This document shows, piece after piece, positions 55,406 through 64,000 of a stretch of DNA of 64,000 nucleotides. Every line of letters starts with the position of its first letter. Position 1 is the first letter of the stretch. Source of the DNA: Epiperipatus broadwayi (lineage: Eukaryota; Animalia; Onychophora); assembly GCA_028023455.1 (NCBI GenBank), contig JAQFVV010000010.1, forward strand, positions 7,812,001 to 7,876,000, written 5' to 3'. The translations under genes were made by a program, and so were the position numbers. The notes beneath the pieces were generated by a model. It saw only the letters and a list, made by a program, of their open reading frames with translations. It did not search any database and was not told the DNA's origin.

Positions 55406-55677
55406 GTCAGGATGGCTCAATTGGTTAGAGCGTTACCTTGAAATTCAAAACCCAAGAATCTAAGGACCTAAGTTTGCATACCATGCTAGTACTGTCACTG
55501 GTCAGGCCAGCAACAGCTGAAGAAGAGAGGAGAATACCTCTCGAAACATTGTGCATATACTAACCTGTTTGATGTGCTATTACTAACAGTTGAATGTATT
55601 TGGAATATTTAAATAAAGTTAAATGTTTCTAAAGACATTCAATACACATATTACATGATAGAAATAGTCCAATATAA
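55406..55677 (+). ncRNA. tRNA-like Pol III head followed by a minimal type-I HHR motif (pLTR-like unit)
   Basis: Head GTCAGGATGGCTCAATTGG (tRNA-Leu-like start, A box). HHR CTGAAGA(55517-55523)-A-GAGAGG agaata CCTCTC-GAAA(55543-55546)-CATT-GTG. B box decayed here but intact in the 23-kb copies. Confidence 0.65.
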
Positions 55678-57326
55678 AACTACAATATTGAATACTAGTT
55701 GATATATAAGTTTTTATCTCTTATTTGCATAGAATAGTTAATATAGCATATGAAAGTAAAATACCAAAACTAAGAAAATATGCTACTATCACTCGCATTA
55801 GGATTATGTTATCCAATATCAACTCTAAAATGCTGCAGAATTTGTTATACAATATTTCTACTAATTAAAAGTAATAGTTTGATGCTAAACAATGAGTAAT
55901 ACATAAAGAGCATTTCCTGCAATCTTGCAGTATTTTTAATTGAACTATTTTCTCTTTTTTTTATATTTATTTTAGCCAATCAGTATTTAATAAACATGCA
56001 CAGCTATTCTGATTCCAATTGTTTTTCTGAATTCAAATATATAAGATTATATAAAGTAAGCAAATTCTCTATTTTAAGAAAAAGATAATGGTATAGGTTT
56101 ATCAGATGGGATCTTTAGTTGTAATTTCATATAAGGCAATACATTCATTAATATATCACTGAAACTAGTTAAGGGAGAAAATTTTCATTTAGCAAATGAT
56201 TCTATGCTTGAGAAACCCTATTTATAGAAGGAAAAGGAAAAACCTAAAAATGTGCTTTAAAAAAACCTAACTCATAAAATTTGTGTAGATCATCTTACCT
56301 AGAAGATTATTCATTTAAATAGTAGAAATAATGATAATAGTATCAAAAAAGAAGATACTTTTGATAACAGAGATAAGTATTTTATTTTTTCTTCTAAATG
56401 TTGATACAATGTGCAAACTTTGAGGACCTTTCGAGACATGAAGACAAAAGCAACATTTTTATTATGAGAATTGTCAAGATTTACAATTAATATATTTATT
56501 TTTTAGAAAAACAAGCTTAATTAAATTTTAAGTAGATAGCAAAAAGATTTTTTGGAAAAGCAGTTGATCAAGTTTAAAAAAAGATTGCTTATACTGATGT
56601 TGGATTTATTGTTAGAATTAACTTAGCATATTTAATTCTTTGAATTACTAGATATGTCAATGAATTAAAAAATTAATTTGCATAATGGTATCTATGGCCA
56701 TTTAACCAGTGCATATTATATTTAGCTTTATATTCAAAAAGTTCAGAGAATGAAAGCCTTTATTTGATAATATTGTATTAATACTTATAAAATATTTTTT
56801 TCTTCTTAAAGACTTTAAAGCATGTGTATGTATGAACAGCTAACTATAATCCAAGACTAATGAAATAATGGTAATACTTTTGCTTACTTGTTCAAGATAT
56901 TTGATTCATTTAATAAAGGAAGCTGATCATTTATATGTCTATTCATATTATATCACTGCAATACAAATTGGTAGTGGAAAATATGAAGCATTTAAAATGA
57001 AAATTGATGTTTCACAATAATATGAAATAACCATCTTTGCTTCATTCTTATGACATTGATTTTTGAAGCAGTTTCTAGATGGTTTAATGAAGTAGTAATC
57101 AGGATGTAATATAGATTTGAAAATAGACATTTTAATTTGAATTAGTTAAAAGCAGAAATAAGAATGTTAGTTTCTTAACTCCTAAATAGATGATGCATAT
57201 TATGCATTTTTTCCAATTTAAAGGTTAATCTATAATATATTTTGAATGCAATCTAATGTTCAACTTGGAAAGTTATCAACTAAGAATGTGGACCTGCTTA
57301 AGTATATTGATACTTTTTTTAAATAG

Positions 57327-57380
57327 AAAGGTAGATACGTTGGACATAATACAGACTCTAGTGTGCTGCTAATGCATTTG
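57327..57380 (+). CDS. Isolated candidate 54-nt exon KGRYVGHNTDSSVLLMHL
   Basis: TTTTTTTAAATAG| acceptor, TTG|GTAAGT donor, open only in phase 0. No partner exons found. Confidence 0.2.
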
Positions 57381-58902
57381 GTAAGTTAAATGGTATAGCA
57401 TTTTATTATAATGATACAACTACTTCAATTACGTTGATTGTATATAGAGCTGTTATTCTGTCAAATTTGATATATGAAAGAGAAACATAGACTTCTGTGA
57501 ATATATCAAAATAAAATCTAATTTAAGAATGCTTAGTAATATTTTTAAAAATATGAGAGTGAAATTATAAGATTTATGTTTTTTCTGCTTACTAGATGTG
57601 ATGATATTGAATGTATTGTTGCAAAAGCACATCATTTATTTGAATTTTATCATATAATACTAAATTATTCATGCACTTTACTACTGTTTCACAATACTTT
57701 ATTTACCACCCTCTTTTACAGTTTTGATTGCCCCAGCAATCTTCTTTAGAACTTTTATATCTCCTAACTTCAACTGCTAAATTCAATTTTTTTGAATTTT
57801 AATATAAACAACTTTGTTTTTTCATCTGAGGAAATTTATTAGCTAAATTATTGATTTGACCGATAGTCTATTTTTCCCCCAAGCTTATTACCAAAATCCT
57901 TGATGGGGAAAAATATAGAAAATGTAGAGAAATAACAGGCTTTCATTTTATCAGTCTTTTTGCAAAAGAAAGAATAAACCTGGAAAAAGTTCATGGATAA
58001 AGCTTCATGTACTTATATTGAACTAATCAGATGTATTAGTTGTTATTGTAAACAGATTTAGAATTGGCATCCAATTTAAAAAGAAATACTAAATAACCCA
58101 ACAGCCTAGGAAGCAGTACTTAACAAGCTTGTATATTACCAGATGATTAGGACGCATTTTTTCATTTTTGTTTTACTTTCTAATTAAGGATAATTTATTA
58201 AATAATGTGTTGTTAACTGTTCTGACTACCTATGAAAATTCTATTGAAAAAATTCAACTTTATTCAACCTTAATTCAAACTCAGGTAAATGCATGGCAGG
58301 CAAATATGCTATCATTATATCATTAGACTTTTATTTCAGTTTTTGTAATAATAAAAAAAAGTATTGTTTTTATATACTAGACTATTCAAAAACAAGTAAC
58401 AGAACATTGTGGTGATAGTGGAGGGAAGGGTTAAAGAATTAAACATTTTATTACTGAGACACACGAGAAAAAAAAAATTAACAAATAAATAGCAGAGATT
58501 TAGTCATCATAAATACTTAAAATATAAAATTAAATTTGGCATTGTGAGTTACTGTGTAGTGGAGAAAAGCAGGTTATCACAAATTGATGGAAAGTAGTAA
58601 TACTAGCTTTGAAAGATTAGCATTGCTCTTATATTTGTCTTTTCTGCATTTGTTTAAAATAAATGACGGTTTAAAATCCATATAGTGCACAATCACATAC
58701 ACTGCTACATTCAGCATTATGATCATTATTCTCTAGCTATGACAAATTATTTTTGTTTTTCTATGTGACATAACATTGTTAACTATCTTGTAAAAAGAAA
58801 CCTAACTGGAATCATCTGGATTTTACCATCATCTTCTGTATCCATTCAGTTGAGAGGGTATAAACTCTTTATAATTTGTTATCTGTTGCCAAATCAACAT
58901 AC

Positions 58903-58964
58903 TTTGCTTTTGTCCAGAAAAGACTTTATGCCATCTATGATGCAAACTCTATGATAAAACTCTT
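58903..58964 (-). CDS. Candidate upstream exon (E)EFYHRVCIIDGIKSFLDKSK
   Basis: GCTACAG| acceptor and AAA|GTATGT donor; ends in phase 0, compatible with the 39444 exon. No homology recognised. Confidence 0.25.
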
Positions 58965-59269
58965 CTGTAGCAACAATTAATAAAGATTTGTATCAAAATG
59001 GGGATGGTTTTTTTTTTTTGGCATTTATGTTGAGTGCTGAGTTGAATTAATGTTGGGCATGGCATGGTGCTTTATCAAAAATTTACTAAAAAATTTTCAA
59101 AACTGTTTCTTTTCTTGTAATTTCTTTAATAAGGAGGTAGCATTCAATAAAAATATCAACTATGATTTGTGAAATGATTCACTTTTCTCTTACTAGAGTA
59201 ATGAGCACTCAAACTAATTTTGATAATTCCTTTTAAGACCTTTGGATTGACACAGTAATAAACTATTGC

Positions 59270-59990
59270 AGATTTTAGCTTCAAGATGTCACTTGTGTTT
59301 ATCAGTACAGTTAAGTTTATGGATAGTAAAAGAATAGCAAAAATAGTGTTCAATTGGGTTATGAGTAAAGGGCAGGTAACAAGATGGGTGAGAAAGGTAA
59401 TGTGGTATGTGAAAGATTTGGATAAAGAATTTATATCAGTATACTTGTATAAAAGGTGGGAGGATTGTTGAGTGTTATAGTGGTAAGGAATGGGATAAAA
59501 GAATAGAAGCATTAATAAAAAATAGGGAGTTGGAGAGATGGAGAACTAGTATGGAGGGTAAGAAGAGTTTAAATATATATAGAAGTAAACAGAATTTTGG
59601 ATGAGAGTTAATTTATGATAATAGTAAGGGAATTAGTTTATTTTTTAAGGCTTAAACGGGATCTTTAGCAACAAGAGAATATACATGTAAATGGAAAACC
59701 ATGGATAATTTAGTGTGCATATTGTGTAAGGAAGGTATAGAAAATATTAGGCACCTGTTGATTGAATGTAAATGCTTGAAAGCAGAAAGGGTACAGATAA
59801 TGAAGTTGTGAAGGATAGACATGAACAAAGTGACTATACAGAAAGTGAGTTATTAGTTTTTATGTTGGGTTTGCGAAAAGATAAGGGGGATTTAGATATA
59901 AAGGTCATAGAGTTGACAAAGTTTATGTTGTGGAAATGGGATGGGGCAGAATATGGGAAGACTTAAGAGTGGGGAATGGAGAATAAAATG
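59270..59990 (+). mobile_element. Decayed non-LTR retrotransposon ORF2 C-terminus with CCHC zinc finger
   Basis: CILCKEGIENIRHLLIEC (59716-59769, C-x2-C-x8-H-x4-C), preceded by IYDNSKG.SLFFKA..GSL.TR. Clade not assigned. Confidence 0.75.
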
Positions 59991-60650
59991 GCTAACAGGT
60001 TTATCTGGGCATAACTGCGGAGATATTCTTGACTTCGTTTAAGGAGAAGCCAAATACATCACATCACATAAGTAATCTTTTGAGTTTGTAAATCTTAGAG
60101 CATGGTTTTTTTACTCCAGAAATATAGCTTTCTTTGAATACATATCTAGTAGTAAGACAATTAAAATTGAAAGTATGATCCATTGCATAATCTTTTCTTA
60201 ACTAATTTTTCTATTGCATTTCATTTTCAGTTTTACTTGAAAGCTGAAGGTTTTGGAAATTACCACAATGTTTAAAAACACTAATCCACCTATTATTAGC
60301 ACTCAAAAAAAACATTTTTGTAAAAATTTCTGCTACAGAATTATCTGCTTAATCGAATAATGAAATGATTGTTATGTTTTATCGTCTATTCAATCTATGT
60401 TCTCAACATTCCCCCCCCCCTTTCTTAAAGCCTTTATAGCACTAGCAGATATTCCAGAAACACTTTTCCTTCATAGTATTTTTTCTAATTTTTCAGTAGC
60501 GAGAACATTTCTGTCATGCAGAAACCATCATCACGTTTCTTTAAAACGCTTTGCTGTTTTAAACTTACTTGATGTTTTTCTTGCTTGCACTACTTAGCAT
60601 ATTTGAATGAAAATGCTAATACATGTTTGGAGTGCTGAATGAATGTTTTT

Positions 60651-60761
60651 TTCTTTTTTTCATATGTCATAGCATCAGCCAGGATGCGAACCCACAACCG
60701 TCTGCAACCAACTACTTGCTTGCAAGGTGGTTTTGATGACCTCTCGGCTAACAACGCTTGA
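60651..60761 (-). mobile_element. tRNA-Gly-derived SINE, subfamily B
   Basis: Matches 53143-53252. 16-bp TSD CTGAATGAATGTTTTT at 60635-60650 and 60762-60777. Confidence 0.9.
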
Positions 60762-60820
60762 CTGAATGAATGTTTTTAAATATAGAAAAGTTCAAAATGT
60801 GATCATAACAAAACATAATA

Positions 60821-61502
60821 TTGTAATATTCAAATTTATTTACTAAGCACACAGATCATATGTAATTAAATAGAAAGGATTTCCATCTTTAATATATGCA
60901 CTGTGCTGATCTTGCTACATTATAATTATATAGGCCAATCTGAAATGTCTTAATTTGAGAGCATGAAGATGTTTCTTTATTCACTTTTATATTTATTATT
61001 GTCTTTCACATATTAACATTCGTGACATTTTTCAATTTACTACGTGTCAACATTGTGAATTCTTAAAAACTATGTAATATTCAAATTTATTTACTAAGCG
61101 CAGAAATAATATGTAATTAAAGAAAAAATATTTAAACCTTTAATACATGCACTGAACTGATCTTATAAGGTGCTTAGTAAATAAATTTGAATATTACATA
61201 GTTTCTATGAATTCGTAATATTATCACATAGTAAAGTGAAAAATTTTGCGAAGGTTAATATGTGAAAGAAAATAATGGATGTACAAATGAATAGAGAAAC
61301 ATCTTTATGCTCTCAAACTAAGATGCTTCAGATTGACCTATATAATTAGAATGTAGGTTTAAAGATAAGACAGATCATTCTTATCTTTTTAAAATCTCTA
61401 TCTTGGGTTTGAGAATATCCTCAGCACTCAACATGACATTGTTGAGCTATTATAAGATCAGTACAGCACATATATTAAAGGTGGAAACCTTTCTCTTTAA
61501 TT
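60821..61502. mobile_element. Composite of direct (251-bp period) and inverted copies of one unit
   Basis: TGTAATATTCAAATTTATTTACTAAGC at 60822 and 61073, reverse complement from 61172. The inverted copy carries ~100 bp absent from the first direct copy. 14/16 TSD at 60805-60820 and 61503-61518. Confidence 0.75.
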
Positions 61503-61800
61503 ATAACATAACATGATAAGAAACCATATATAAACAAAATCCTAGCTCATAAATATTTAGGTCTAAGTGTACAGTCATGGTGTATTGTTAAATTCTAGGT
61601 TCATAAGAAGTTTCTATGTTTGCATAATATTTAGATATACAAAATCATGCATCAGCAATGCAGAGTTTGTGTCAATTAAATTAGAACAAATGCATGCTGC
61701 CTAAATGTGCTGCAGCAGAATTGACAGTATATATGGTTAATTCCAGGAATTAAGTGCATTATATTGGAATTATAACTTGTTTTAAAGTGATATTATTTCT

Positions 61801-62109
61801 AACAAAGGCAAAACTCTCCATACAGTAGTGCCACCCTGTGCCAAACAGAATAATCAATGGATGCCGGAAGGCTTGTGCATAAATCCCTATCTAGTGCCTA
61901 CTCATCCAATATCCCCAGACTGATGATGGCCACAAGCCAGAAACTAGTCTGGGGATATTGGATGAGTAGGCACTAGATAGGGATTTTATGCACAAGCCTT
62001 CTGGCATCCATTGATTACTCTGTTTGGCACAGGGTGGCACTACTGTATGGAGAGTTTTGCCTTTGTTTACAACAATTATGTGCTAGTATAGAGATGGTGA
62101 TCATGTGAT
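61801..62109 (+). mobile_element. Palindromic retroelement with central hammerhead ribozyme and asymmetric 3' tail
   Basis: Arms 61801-61921 and 61946-62067 differ by 2 substitutions and 1 indel. Tail 62068-62109 ends GGTGATCATGTGAT. Perfect 16-bp direct repeat GTGATATTATTTCTAA at 61787-61802 and 62105-62120. Confidence 0.9.
61911..61958 (+). ncRNA. Minimal type-I hammerhead ribozyme motif
   Basis: CTGATGA(61920-61926), stem II TGGC/GCCA with CACAA loop, GAAA(61940-61943), palindromic stem III ACTAGT, GUC triplet (predicted cut after 61949), stem I CCCCA/TGGGG with a 2-nt offset. Confidence 0.8.
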
Positions 62110-62557
62110 ATTATTTCTAATCATTGAAGCAATAAGCTTTGCAAATAGCAACTTTACTAGATCAATTATGACATCATATTTGAATTGTTAAAGCATTTGT
62201 GAAATGTTTGATATTATTAATTTCAACAGCATGTAAACAGCTTTTATATTTAATTCATTATTTTACTGTAATAGATCTATCATAGGATCTTATTTGAATG
62301 TTAAAGCATTAGCAAAATGTTTATTTGATATTTTTGCCATTTATTTTTCTATTCTATTACGAATCGAATTGCATTTAAAAATTGGCAACCAGAAAAGTAG
62401 TCTTATTTGATAATTCATTACTTTAAACAAATAAATAATCAAACAAATTAATTGCTCAGGAATTTTTAAGTTTATCTTCAAGTGCTAGAACTGGATGCAA
62501 TCCATAAACCTTAAATTTCAAAGTTTGCCATCTACAACTGTACAAAACCATACAGGA

Positions 62558-62897
62558 TATAAACAATGAGGATTGCCAATTCCTCAACAAGCTTTGTGAT
62601 AAATGCTTAGCTAGAGAAAGCATTTAGATTATCTCTGTCAGGATCCCCCCTCCCCAAACCTCTGACCATGGTTTCATGCTCTGGCACTTCTCAGGTGCTA
62701 GGGTAGGTTTAGACACTAGACCCTAGTACCTCTGAGGTGTGCCAGAGCATGAAACCATGGTCAGAGGTATGGGGGGAGGGTCCTGACAGATATTCTAAAT
62801 GCTTTCTCTAGCTAAGCATTTATCACAAAGCTTGTTGAGGAATTGGCAAACCTTATTGTTTATAACTTACAAGCTTAAGAGAATAGGGTCATGTGAT
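62558..62897 (+). mobile_element. Second long fold-back element (~145-bp arms, 15-nt loop) with 3' tail
   Basis: Arms 62558-62704 and 62720-62864; loop AGGTTTAGACACTAG; tail ending GGGTCATGTGAT. Possible TSD ATCTAC(A/G)ACT at 62530-62539 and 62896-62905. Confidence 0.85.
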
Positions 62898-63866
62898 CTA
62901 CGACTCTTATTTTGACTATTCATATAGGATATACTTTGAACAACTGACATATTAAAAACTAACTTATGACTATTATTTAAAATTTGGATCATTATTTTAT
63001 TCTGGTCCGATATTTCAGCATCCTTTACCTGTTTCACCATATATTTTTTATGCTTATCAATATGCTATTAATTTTAATACATATCCTGTATATAATAATA
63101 TCTTGTTTCCAGCTTCTTTTTTTTTATGTTGTTACATGAACAAACATATATCTGTTGCTTTTTCTGGCATTTTGATAATAATATCATTTTTTTAGTCTAA
63201 GAAGAATCTTAAAGTAATTCATTGACTATCACTAATGTCTTCTATTCTTTTTGATATTTTATCATGTAAGTTCAATTAGAAGTGGTCAATCAAATGGCAA
63301 ATTGTTTTTCAAACCGTTAAGAGTTTTGTAAATATGATTCAAGAAAAAAAATAATGTTCTTTAAATATTAACTTCTTTAAATATTAAAAAAATCAATTAT
63401 ATAATATTTATTAAGTATTCTTTCATTAAATAATAAATATTTTTTGTAAGCTATACTTGGATGAAAGATTTCTTCCTTTCCTTTTTTTTTTTTGTTGTTG
63501 CAAACTTATTACAATATATTAAATTTATATTAAATTATTTTTACTCCTGCACATATATATCATCGGAGTTCAGTTTAGATTAAGATAGTGGTACGGATGG
63601 CTGAAGAGTTGGAGGGAAGCCTGTCCATTAAAGTTTGAAGATTTTCTATTTTAATATAAACTGAGCGCTGATTATATAATAGTATATATGTGTGGACAAA
63701 ATATATATATTTAAATTATTTTTTTATAATATGGACAATTATTTTACTTATAAATGCATATAAACATTTCCTTGGATCAATTTATTATATATTTCACTTA
63801 TATGTGTGTATCTAGAAGTGTACAGATATAAAAGAAAAAAAAATACTTATAATAAATGGTCTAAAA

Positions 63867-63958
63867 CCACTAAACATCACATGATCACTATCTCATACTA
63901 GCACGTAATTGTTATTAAACAAGGCAAAACTCTCTGCATACAGTAGTGCCACCCTGTG
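63867..63958 (-). mobile_element. 3' fragment (arm end + tail) of the HHR-palindrome family
   Basis: Reverse complement CACAGGGTGGCACTACTGTATG..GAGAGTTTTGCCTTGTT...GTGCTAGTATGAGATAGTGATCATGTGATGTTTA matches about 62028-62109. Confidence 0.85.
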
Positions 63959-64000
63959 ACTATATAAGCTATTGAGCTTAGATTGAAAATATTATTGTGT

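Noticed and set aside
63595-63632. ATGG-CTGAAGA...GAAG-CCTG-TC-CAT as an HHR
   Set aside because: No stem II, and GAAG instead of GAAA; at best a highly decayed remnant.

Overview
Very AT-rich, intron- and repeat-dominated eukaryotic genomic DNA, probably from an invertebrate animal (inferred from splice signals and TE types). No prokaryotic features. Genes: one minus-strand gene is supported by a large Ser/Pro-rich exon (39444-38587) with Tyr-based docking-type motifs, plus two small downstream exons (26410-26339 and a stop exon at 25780-25721). A CpG-richer, motif-dense stretch at about 2.3-4.9 kb looks like a bidirectional promoter. Known repeat classes: at least six decayed RTE-type LINE pieces, a CCHC-bearing LINE 3' end, six copies of a tRNA-Gly-derived SINE plus a tRNA-like retrocopy, and a few TIR elements (pogo/Tc1-like, hAT-like, unclassified). 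Most interesting is a cohort of short fold-back or tandem elements, several with minimal type-I hammerhead ribozyme (HHR) motifs. The best example (61801-62109) is a ~120-bp-arm palindrome with an intact-looking HHR core as its loop, an asymmetric 3' tail and a 16-bp TSD; its relatives have 10- and 15-bp TSDs. A second HHR family is attached to a Penelope GIY-YIG C-terminal remnant and a tRNA-like Pol III head (55138-55677) and recurs as an inverted dimer (22931-23476). Working hypothesis: non-autonomous, Penelope-mobilised, ribozyme-bearing hairpin retroelements. All coordinates and alignments were read by eye; no searches or folding were run.
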